Shown piece after piece: positions 56,908 through 64,000 of a stretch of 64,000 nucleotides of DNA. A program made the position numbers and the translations under genes. Numbering within the stretch: the stretch's first letter is position 1; each line of letters starts with the position of its first letter. This DNA comes from Comamonadaceae bacterium (GTDB taxonomy: Bacteria > Pseudomonadota > Gammaproteobacteria > Burkholderiales > Burkholderiaceae_C), in contig JANXRP010000134.1 of NCBI GenBank assembly GCA_025352965.1, forward strand, positions 11,179 to 75,178, written 5' to 3'. The notes beneath the pieces are model-generated. The model was given only the letters and a program-made list of their open reading frames with translations. It had not been told where the DNA came from and made no database searches.

Positions 56908-59076
56908 TTACTTCTTTAGTTTGGCGAAGGCTGACATCATGGCATTGGGGCCAGCCTTACCAGCCGTGACATCCAGCCTCATCGACAGACCAATACGTTT
57001 GCGTGCCACGTCAATTTCCATCACTTTAACGCTCACAATATCACCTGTCTTCACCACCTCGCGCGCGTCACTCACAAACCGAGCCGCCATTTGGCTGACA
57101 TGAACGAGTCCATCTTGATGTACACCCAAATCGATGAACGCGCCAAATTGCGCCACGTTGCTCACCGTACCTTCCAAAATCATGCCACCCCGCAAGTCGG
57201 TGATGTCGTTCACACCATCCGTGAGTTTGGCCACTTTAAAGTCAGGCCGTGGGTCGCGCGCATCGCCCAGCAGTTTTTCAAACGTGATTTTGGCTGCCTG
57301 CAGCAGCGCTTGCATCTTGTCATACGACTCGGGGTGAACACTGGTTCTATCGAGCATGTTGTCACCATCACGGATGCGCAAAAATCCCGCGCACTGCTCA
57401 AACGCTTTGGCACCCAGACTAGGCACTTTTAGCAACTGTTGGCGATTAGTAAACGCGCCGTTGGCATCGCGCCAAGCCACAAGCTGCTTGGCCTGCGAGG
57501 CAGATAGCCCTGAAACCCTTGTCAATAAGGGCACGCTGGCCATATTCAAATCGACGCCCACACCGTTCACGCAATCTTCCACCACGGCATCCAACGCCTT
57601 CGCTAAATCGCCTTGATTCAAATCATGTTGATACTGCCCCACGCCAATGCTTTTAGGGTCAATTTTTACCAACTCAGCGAGAGGATCTTGTAACCGCCGT
57701 GCAATGCTGACCGCGCCGCGAATGCTCACATCCACATCAGGCATCTCAGCGCTTGCGTACTCAGACGCGCTGTACACCGATGCACCCGCTTCGCTCACCA
57801 CGATTTTTTGCATGTGTACGTTGTTCAGTTTGAATTTGGCAATAAGTTCACCCGCCAACTTGTCCGTCTCGCGGCTGGCTGTACCGTTGCCAATAGCGAT
57901 GAGTTCCACGCGGTGATGCTGGCACAGCTTAGCGAGCGTGAAGAGCGATCCCTCCCATTCGCGGCGAGGCTCATGCGGGTAAATCGTCGCGGTGTCGAGT
58001 AATTTGCCCGTGCTATCCACAATCGCCACCTTCACACCCGTGCGAATCCCAGGATCAAGCCCCATCACGACTTTGGGGCCTGCAGGGGCGGCCAGTAACA
58101 GATCGCGCAGATTGTCTGCAAACACTTTGGTGGCCACCACTTCGGCAGCTTCCCGAAGGCGGGTCAGCAAATCGCGCTCAGTGGAGAGCGACAGCTTGAC
58201 GCGCCACGTCCACAAAATCGTTTTTTTGATGAGTGCATCGCTGGCACGATCTTGGTTCGTCCATTTCAAATGCGCTGCTATCCGACCCTCTGCGAGTGCC
58301 GAGAATGTTGCTGCCTTTGCATCTTCAGGATCAGTCAGGATCAGCACTTTCACATCCAAAAACTCTTGCGCCCTGCCCCTAAAAACCGCCAGCGCACGGT
58401 GCGAGGGCACGCGGGATATGGACTCGGAGTAATCAAAGTAATCGCGAAACTTTGCAATCTCAGCGTCGGCTTCGTTTTTTCCTGCCACTAATTTGCTTTG
58501 CAGCTCGCCATTCGTCCAAAGCCATTCGCGCATCAATTGAACGAGTTTCGCATCCTCTGCCCAGCGCTCGGACAAAATATCACGCACGCCGTCCAGCACC
58601 AGCGCAACCGATGTGAAGTCTGCGCCGTCCTCGGGCTTCGTCGCTTGCACATAAGGCAATGCCTCGCAAGCCGCATCCAGACTGGGCTGCGCGAACAGTG
58701 CGTCTGCAAGCGGCTCTAGCCCTGCCTCGCGAGCCATCTGCCCTTTGGTGCGGCGTTTGACCTTGTAAGGCGTATAGATATCCTCTAACTCTTGCTTGCT
58801 TGGAGCAGTAAGCAGCAAAGCATTCAACTCAGGTGTGAGCTTGCCCTGCGCTTCAATCGTTTTAATGATGACGGTGCGTCGATCTTCTAACTCGCGCAAA
58901 TAGGACAACCTTGCTTCCAATTCACGCAGCTGAATGTCGTCTAACCCGCCTGTGACTTCTTTGCGATAGCGGGCGATAAACGGGACGGTTGCCCCGCTAT
59001 CCATTAGTTCTACTGCCGCTTTAATTTGATGAATGCCAACCTTAATCTCATTGGCGAGTTGCTTAAATAAATCCAC
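56908..59076 (-). CDS. tex: Transcription accessory protein Tex (S1 RNA-binding)
   Basis: 722 aa. N-terminus GATVPFIARYRKE, YqgF/RuvC-like and HhH regions, and a C-terminal S1 domain (GTVSNVAQFGAFIDLGVHQDGLVHVSQM). GTG start. Confidence 0.9.
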   Translation of the reverse strand: MDLFKQLANEIKVGIHQIKAAVELMDSGATVPFIARYRKEVTGGLDDIQLRELEARLSYLRELEDRRTVIIKTIEAQGKLTPELNALLLTAPSKQELEDIYTPYKVKRRTKGQMAREAGLEPLADALFAQPSLDAACEALPYVQATKPEDGADFTSVALVLDGVRDILSERWAEDAKLVQLMREWLWTNGELQSKLVAGKNEADAEIAKFRDYFDYSESISRVPSHRALAVFRGRAQEFLDVKVLILTDPEDAKAATFSALAEGRIAAHLKWTNQDRASDALIKKTILWTWRVKLSLSTERDLLTRLREAAEVVATKVFADNLRDLLLAAPAGPKVVMGLDPGIRTGVKVAIVDSTGKLLDTATIYPHEPRREWEGSLFTLAKLCQHHRVELIAIGNGTASRETDKLAGELIAKFKLNNVHMQKIVVSEAGASVYSASEYASAEMPDVDVSIRGAVSIARRLQDPLAELVKIDPKSIGVGQYQHDLNQGDLAKALDAVVEDCVNGVGVDLNMASVPLLTRVSGLSASQAKQLVAWRDANGAFTNRQQLLKVPSLGAKAFEQCAGFLRIRDGDNMLDRTSVHPESYDKMQALLQAAKITFEKLLGDARDPRPDFKVAKLTDGVNDITDLRGGMILEGTVSNVAQFGAFIDLGVHQDGLVHVSQMAARFVSDAREVVKTGDIVSVKVMEIDVARKRIGLSMRLDVTAGKAGPNAMMSAFAKLKK

Positions 59077-59120
59077 AGAAATAAACCTACAAATACTTTC
59101 TAAATATCAGTAACCAAGTT

Positions 59121-59240
59121 CCCCCCGAACGGGGGGATGTCGCCATGCGACAGGGGGGAAGACAGTAGTGTCGCAGATTAGCTCATTTGCATCACAACCG
59201 CCTTCCCCCCGCGCTTCGCGTCCGCCCCCCGTTTGGGGGG
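59121..59240. repeat. Compound palindromic intergenic element: two inverted copies of a roughly 40-bp G6/C6-hairpin unit
   Basis: Copy A (59121-59161) reads CCCCCC-GAAC-GGGGGG-A-TGTCGC-CAT-GCGACA-GGGGGGAAG. Copy B (59202-59240) is the inverted version, CTTCCCCCC-GCGCTTCGCG-TCCG-CCCCCC-GTTT-GGGGGG. GGGGGGAAG (59153-59161) and CTTCCCCCC (59202-59210) form a further 9-bp long-range stem. Confidence 0.7.
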
Positions 59241-59247
59241 CACATCA

Positions 59248-60153
59248 TTAGTCGGCTCTCAGTGCCGCTTTCAACTTCGCCCTAATCTCAGGCTTAGATT
59301 TAAACGGATCGGTCGGATTTCGAATCAGCACCAAATCTTCCATACGGTCCTGCACGCCAGCCAGCGCGTGTGGATGGCTATAGATATAAAAGCGATCAGC
59401 CTCCAGCGCTGCAAACACGGCATTGGCTACATCAAGCGCCGTCAATTTGCCGCTACCCACTGCTTTGTCAGATTGCGCTTGTCCAATCAATTGGCTCTTC
59501 GTCAGCTTGCCGCCAGAAAGCGCCGTTGGACGATTGCGCTGGCTTTGCGTAATGTTGGTCGGTACAAAAAATGGGCATAGCACCGATGCACTGATTTGAT
59601 CCGTGACAAGCCGAAGGTCTTGATACAGCGACTCCGTCAGACTCACCACCGCGCTTTTGCTCACGTTGTACACACCCATGTTCGGTGGATTGAGTAAGCC
59701 CGCCATGCTAGCCGTATTGACGATGTGCCCTTGATAAGTGACATCCTTTTTTGCCGCATCGAGCATCATCTGCGTAAAGAAATGCACGCCGTGCACCACG
59801 CCCATGACGTTCACGTCCATGACCCACTTCCAGTCGAGTAGTGAGCTCTCCCAAATCAAACCACCCGCACCCACACCAGCGTTATTAAACACAAAATGCG
59901 GCGCACCAAACCGTGCCAATACCGCGTCGGATAGGGCTTTCATAGCCTCGGCGTTCGCCACGTCCACGCGCATGGCCAGCACCTGCGCGCCCATGCCTGT
60001 GATCTCGGTAACGGCTTTATCGAGTGCGTCTTGCTGCACATCAACCATCACGATATTCATGCCACGAGCAGCGGCAATGCGTGCGCACTCCAATCCAAAG
60101 CCAGAGCCTGCGCCTGTGAGGACAGCTGTTTTATTTTTGAAATCAGTAATCAT
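59248..60153 (-). CDS. Short-chain dehydrogenase/reductase (classical SDR)
   Basis: 301 aa. Contains TGAGSGFG, NNAG and the catalytic YNVSK. Confidence 0.8.
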   Translation of the reverse strand: MITDFKNKTAVLTGAGSGFGLECARIAAARGMNIVMVDVQQDALDKAVTEITGMGAQVLAMRVDVANAEAMKALSDAVLARFGAPHFVFNNAGVGAGGLIWESSLLDWKWVMDVNVMGVVHGVHFFTQMMLDAAKKDVTYQGHIVNTASMAGLLNPPNMGVYNVSKSAVVSLTESLYQDLRLVTDQISASVLCPFFVPTNITQSQRNRPTALSGGKLTKSQLIGQAQSDKAVGSGKLTALDVANAVFAALEADRFYIYSHPHALAGVQDRMEDLVLIRNPTDPFKSKPEIRAKLKAALRAD

Positions 60154-60169
60154 GAAACAACCTTTACGT

Positions 60170-61117
60170 TTAGGCTTCAGCCTTCTTTAAAACAAATCCA
60201 ATGCGCGGGAAATGCACGTGAACAACCCCCGTCAACTCATGCTCGCGACGCAGCGTGAAGCGTGTGCGAGTAGCAGCGACAAGCGTGCCACTCGTCACTT
60301 CTAAACCAAAGCTTTCCGCCGTGATGGTCACCAGGGTGCCTAGTGGAATGCCGTGTTCGTCTTGAAAATTGGCACTGCTGAAAGCCATATCTGGTGTGGC
60401 TTGGCGGGCGATTTCTAAAGATTCACCGCGTGACAACTCCGTGCTATTGCGCTTGCCATGACCCAACGCGGCGACTCTATCCATCCATGGCAAGATCGCT
60501 GCATTGCTTGCGAGCACATCAGCAACCGCTGGCAAGCGGCGCGTAAACCATAGCGGGTGGTAGATGGCTAAATCGGCCACGGACACCTGATCGCCGAGCA
60601 CGAACGGCGAGCTCTCCAGCATCGTCGCGATACGGCGCAAATAAGATTTGTACGCTGCGGCTGCATCCCCTGGATACATGCGCGGCGCACCACCGCGCAT
60701 CGCGCCGCGATCCATGGCAAACGCCTTCATATCTTGAGTCGGATTTAACCGCGCATACTCCATGCCACCTTTGGGCGAAAAGTTGTACGCCATTGCTGTA
60801 GAAAACAAAGTTCCATCTGCCCATTGCGCCAGCGTGCGTGCAAGTCCCGTCTGCCCTTGTGGGTAAAGGCTTGGAGCAGGATTCAACGACTCTAGCACTT
60901 CACAAATCAGCAGCGTATCGCAATACACATCTGCGCCAATTTGCAGCACGGGCACGCGGCGATAGGCACCCGTCAAGGCTTGCAGCTCGGGCTTGGGCAT
61001 GATGGGCGAGACATCACAGGATGTCCACGCCAACTTTTTAAGTCCAAACGTTAATCGGATTTTTTCTGCAAATGGCGAATTGGGATAGTGGTGAAGAATC
61101 AAGTCAGACATGCCCAT
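60170..61117 (-). CDS. Glutathione S-transferase-like protein with extra C-terminal domain
   Basis: 315 aa. N-terminal thioredoxin-like GST fold (LHHYPNSPFAEKIRL...VPVLQIG), a helical GST_C region, then about 80 additional residues of unknown fold. Confidence 0.6.
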   Translation of the reverse strand: MGMSDLILHHYPNSPFAEKIRLTFGLKKLAWTSCDVSPIMPKPELQALTGAYRRVPVLQIGADVYCDTLLICEVLESLNPAPSLYPQGQTGLARTLAQWADGTLFSTAMAYNFSPKGGMEYARLNPTQDMKAFAMDRGAMRGGAPRMYPGDAAAAYKSYLRRIATMLESSPFVLGDQVSVADLAIYHPLWFTRRLPAVADVLASNAAILPWMDRVAALGHGKRNSTELSRGESLEIARQATPDMAFSSANFQDEHGIPLGTLVTITAESFGLEVTSGTLVAATRTRFTLRREHELTGVVHVHFPRIGFVLKKAEA

Positions 61118-61122
61118 CTCCT

Positions 61123-62139
61123 TTAAACCATCTTCACCAATTGTTTGCCAAAATTTTTGCCTTTGAGTAATCCCAAAAACGCTTCTGGTGCAGCCGCAAT
61201 GCCATTGGCAACCGATTCACGTGCATTCAGTTTTTTAGTCGCCACCAGCATGCCCAGTTCTTTCAAAGCCTCTGGCCACACTTCCATGTGCTCAGCAACG
61301 ATGAAACCTTCAATCTTCATGCGATTGACCAAAATCAGCGCAGGATTAGCCAGTGGCATCGGCGCACCGTTGTAGCCTGCAATCATTCCGCAAATGGCCA
61401 TGCGACTAAAAGCGTTCATACGCTGCAAGACCGTATCCATGATCCAGCCGCCCACGTTTTCAAAGTAGCAATCAATGCCGTTTGGCGCAGCTTCTTTGAG
61501 TGCCTTGTTGAGCGCCTTGCCGTCCGTGTGTTCTTTGTAGTCGATACAGGCATCAAAGCCAAGTTCATTGACGACGTAATCACATTTGTCTTTACCACCA
61601 GCAATACCCACCACGCGGCAACCGCGTGCCTTGGCAAGTACACCCACGGCACTACCGACCGCACCCGAGGCAGCAGTCACGCAAACGGTTTCGCCCGCTT
61701 TGGGATTGCAAATTTTGACTAAGCCGTACCAAGCCGTCACGCCAGGCATACCCACTGCGCCAAGATAGTTTGATAGCGGGATGTGCGTCGTATCGACTTT
61801 GCGCAGCATACCCACGACTGAATCGGACACAACGCTGTACTCTTGCCAACCGCCCATGCCGACCACCTTATCGCCCACCGCAAATTTAGCGCTCTTGGAT
61901 TCGATCACCTCCCCAGCTGTGCCGCCAATCATGTGCTCGCCCAGCGGCTGCGCAGCTGCATAGCTCTTGCTGTCATTCATGCGCCCGCGCATGTAGGGGT
62001 CAAGGCTCAAGTAGTGGTGCTTGACCAACACCTCACCATCCTTCAAGCTAGGCGTGGGCACAGAGACGAGCTTGAAGTTGCTAGCCACGGCATCACCCAC
62101 AGGGCGGTTGTCTAAAACGATTTGTTGATTGATAGGCAT
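61123..62139 (-). CDS. NADP-dependent medium-chain oxidoreductase (alkenal/enone reductase, CurA/YncB-like)
   Basis: Start at MPINQQIVLDNRP (62139). Cofactor motif AASGAVGSAVG. Confidence 0.8.
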   Translation of the reverse strand: MPINQQIVLDNRPVGDAVASNFKLVSVPTPSLKDGEVLVKHHYLSLDPYMRGRMNDSKSYAAAQPLGEHMIGGTAGEVIESKSAKFAVGDKVVGMGGWQEYSVVSDSVVGMLRKVDTTHIPLSNYLGAVGMPGVTAWYGLVKICNPKAGETVCVTAASGAVGSAVGVLAKARGCRVVGIAGGKDKCDYVVNELGFDACIDYKEHTDGKALNKALKEAAPNGIDCYFENVGGWIMDTVLQRMNAFSRMAICGMIAGYNGAPMPLANPALILVNRMKIEGFIVAEHMEVWPEALKELGMLVATKKLNARESVANGIAAAPEAFLGLLKGKNFGKQLVKMV

Positions 62140-62162
62140 AAAAGTCTCCTGGAATAAAAAAA

Positions 62163-62606
62163 TTAATCGGTTGAAATTTGAGATGTGGCTCTTGCAGGTA
62201 GCAGACGCTTCACGTACTTGAACGTTCCCGTGGCGTGCGCGCACACTCTGCCTGCTTCATCATAAATGGACGCTTCGGTAAATGCCATCGTGACCGTGCG
62301 GTGGATGAGTTTGCCTTTGGCAGTAAGTAGGCCAAGCGGGCTAGGCCGCATGAAAGTTGTTTTCATTTCAATCGTGACCACACCCATCTCTTGCTGGGCA
62401 CTACGCGCCGCTGTCGCCATCGTCACATCCAAAAGCGTCATCACTACCCCGCCATGCGCCACCGCAAACGAATTGGCGTGCTCTGGCTTGGGCGTGTAGA
62501 GGATGGTGGATTCGCCGCCCTCAAAGCGGGTGAGATCGAATCCCAGCAGCTTGACGAATGGAATTTCTACGCCAAAACCTTTGGCCGCAAATGAATCTGC
62601 GGACAT
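62163..62606 (-). CDS. PaaI-family hotdog thioesterase
   Basis: 147 aa. NSFAVAHGGVVMTLLD is typical of PaaI/YigI thioesterases. Confidence 0.75.
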   Translation of the reverse strand: MSADSFAAKGFGVEIPFVKLLGFDLTRFEGGESTILYTPKPEHANSFAVAHGGVVMTLLDVTMATAARSAQQEMGVVTIEMKTTFMRPSPLGLLTAKGKLIHRTVTMAFTEASIYDEAGRVCAHATGTFKYVKRLLPARATSQISTD

Positions 62607-62609
62607 GAT

Positions 62610-63404
62610 TTATCCGCCTGTCACGATCGATACGCCGCCGTCCACAGCCATCCACTGACCTGTGATGTGCTTGCCCGCGTTTGATGCGTAGAGCAAGGTC
62701 AAACCTTTCAAGTCTTCGTCGTCACCCAAACGGCCAAGTGGTGCACCTTCTTTGAGCTTGTCTTCACCCATCGCAGCCAAAAGTCCGTAAGTCATTTTGC
62801 TAGGGAAGAAGCCTGGGCATACCGCATTGACGCGGATGTTGTACTTGCCCCACTCTGCCGCCAAGGCGCGGGTGAAGTTAATGACCGCGCCCTTACTGGT
62901 GTTGTAGGCAATGGTGTTCATGCCCGCAGGATTGCCACCGAGGCCCGCGATAGATGCAAGATTGATGATGGAGCCCGATTTGCGAGCAATCATCGACTTC
63001 TTGGCAATTTGCTGGCTCAGCAAAAAATAGCCACGAATATTGAGATTCATCACCTTATCCCAAGCATCCACAGGATGGTCTTCGGCAGGCGAGCCCCATG
63101 CTGCGCCTGCGTTGTTGACCAAAATATCAACATGACCCAGACGCGCAATTGATTCGTCGGCAAGCCTTGTGATGTCTAGCTCTTGAGCGCAATCAGCCGC
63201 AATAAAGCTGGCGTCAATACCTTGCGCTTTAAGTACAGCAACGGACTCTTCTAAATCACTGGCTTTGCGCGAAGACAGCACCACCTTCGCGCCCGCTTCG
63301 CCAAGGCTTTGCGCCATTTGAAGCCCTAGGCCACGTGAGCCGCCTGTGACAAGCGCGGTCTTACCGCCGAGGTCAAACAGTTGTTGAATCGTTCTAGTGG
63401 TCAT
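62610..63404 (-). CDS. Short-chain dehydrogenase/reductase (FabG/gluconate-5-dehydrogenase-like)
   Basis: Start at MTTRTIQQLFDLGGKTALVTGGSRGLG (63404). Contains NNAG and YNTSK. Confidence 0.85.
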   Translation of the reverse strand: MTTRTIQQLFDLGGKTALVTGGSRGLGLQMAQSLGEAGAKVVLSSRKASDLEESVAVLKAQGIDASFIAADCAQELDITRLADESIARLGHVDILVNNAGAAWGSPAEDHPVDAWDKVMNLNIRGYFLLSQQIAKKSMIARKSGSIINLASIAGLGGNPAGMNTIAYNTSKGAVINFTRALAAEWGKYNIRVNAVCPGFFPSKMTYGLLAAMGEDKLKEGAPLGRLGDDEDLKGLTLLYASNAGKHITGQWMAVDGGVSIVTGG

Positions 63405-63432
63405 TACGTTACTCCAAATCAAAAATAAAAAT

Positions 63433-64000
63433 TTAAAAAGCGTTTTCTGGTAAGTCAGCACAGGTCGAATCGCGACTGCTGACCACATTGAGCCAAGCGT
63501 CAATCTTAGGCAACTCGTAGTTAAAAAAGAATTGCATTGCACCTAGGCGACCTAACGATGCATCATCCGTTTTACCCACGCAAGTCATGCCCACATCTAG
63601 CCAAATCCAAGCTAAAACGGCATGACCGAATGCCTGCATAAAGGGGACGGCGTTCGCAAGCGCTTCAGATGGTTTTCCCGTTGACCACGCGGCATTTTTT
63701 GCCACATCAATTTTGTTGGCGTGCTCGCGTAGCGCTACCGCATGGGTCTGTAGGGCCGGCATCTGGGAAGCCTTATCAATCGTGGCTTTGAAGCGTGCAA
63801 CGAGCACGCCATAAGCCTTGCCCTCCTCCATCAACACCTTGCGCCCCAGCAAATCCAAAGCTTGAATGCCGTGCGTGCCCTCGTGAATCATGTTCAAGCG
63901 GTTATCGCGCCAATATTGCTCGACTGGAAAATCACGTGTGTAACCATAACCGCCGTGGATTTGAATCGCCAAACTGTTGGCCTCTAAGCACCACTCAGAC
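63433..64000 (-). CDS. Acyl-CoA dehydrogenase, C-terminal part; gene continues beyond the right edge
   Basis: Contains AIQIHGGYGYTRDFPVEQYWRDNRLNMIHEGTHGIQ. My own translation shows the frame stays open upstream of the track start (a TTG at 63972) to position 64000 (..SEWCLEANSLAIQIHGG). Confidence 0.8.
   Translation of the reverse strand, partial: SEWCLEANSLAIQIHGGYGYTRDFPVEQYWRDNRLNMIHEGTHGIQALDLLGRKVLMEEGKAYGVLVARFKATIDKASQMPALQTHAVALREHANKIDVAKNAAWSTGKPSEALANAVPFMQAFGHAVLAWIWLDVGMTCVGKTDDASLGRLGAMQFFFNYELPKIDAWLNVVSSRDSTCADLPENAF

Noticed and set aside
59121-59240. Possible CRISPR array or canonical rho-independent terminator.
   Set aside because: There are only two repeat units and they are inverted, not direct. 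There are no spacers of regular length and no cas genes. The hairpins lack a downstream U-tract. I kept it as a palindromic repeat finding instead.
1-64000. Known defence or toxin systems (restriction-modification, CBASS, retrons, Abi, toxin-antitoxin, CRISPR-Cas), biosynthetic NRPS/PKS, and rRNA genes.
   Set aside because: Every ORF longer than 100 aa that is not a shadow ORF could be assigned to a metabolic, envelope or glycan family, or (41151-42308) sits inside the sugar operon. No nuclease/helicase/ATPase triads, small paired ORFs or repeat arrays were seen.

Overview
This is a 64-kb, almost gap-free chromosomal window from a Gram-negative bacterium. The gene order looks betaproteobacterial or Burkholderiales-like (tolB-pal-cpoB, an msbA/waaL/GT9 LPS-core block, lptF-lptG, tatD-holB-tmk-mltG); that placement is inference only. 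All calls come from reading the ORF translations for family motifs; no searches were run.

Layout:
- 1-6.1 kb: minus-strand propionate/methylmalonyl-CoA operon (scpA, an embedded methyltransferase-like gene, meaB, pccB, pccA) with a divergent GntR regulator.
- 6.8-35.6 kb: housekeeping and envelope genes. These include aat, an IclR regulator, a PBP endopeptidase, tRNA-Lys(UUU) with its terminator, tcdA, yeeE, cpoB-pal-tolB, LPS-core genes, a large Orn/Lys/Arg decarboxylase, NfeD/SPFH, a GT39, lptFG, cbiX, an ankyrin protein, tatD-holB-tmk-mltG, ygfZ and an Fe-ADH.
- 35.6-54.9 kb: 19 co-directional, tightly packed genes forming a glycan island with a strikingly AT-rich core (about 39.5-48.6 kb).
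- 54.9-64 kb: galU, a patatin-like lipase, tex, a compound G6/C6 palindromic intergenic element, and an acyl-CoA/lipid catabolic cluster.

The island opens with an HMW1C/ApNGT-like GT41 N-glycosyltransferase and a soluble GT-B partner. It also carries two heptose-activation routes: two GmhA, an HddA-like GHMP kinase, two HddC-like nucleotidyltransferases, and an HldE-like protein with swapped domain order. The remaining genes are a stand-alone TPP E1 alpha/beta pair, a radical SAM enzyme, a sugar C-methyltransferase, an FkbM methyltransferase, three SDR epimerase/reductases and a GT2. I see no flippase, polymerase, ABC exporter, polyprenyl-phosphate transferase or any membrane protein in it.

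This island is my main candidate for an undescribed system: cytoplasmic protein N-glycosylation (or, alternatively, inner-leaflet LPS-core glycosylation) using branched or modified heptose-type sugars.

I recognised no CRISPR array, transposase, integrase, prophage or defence system.
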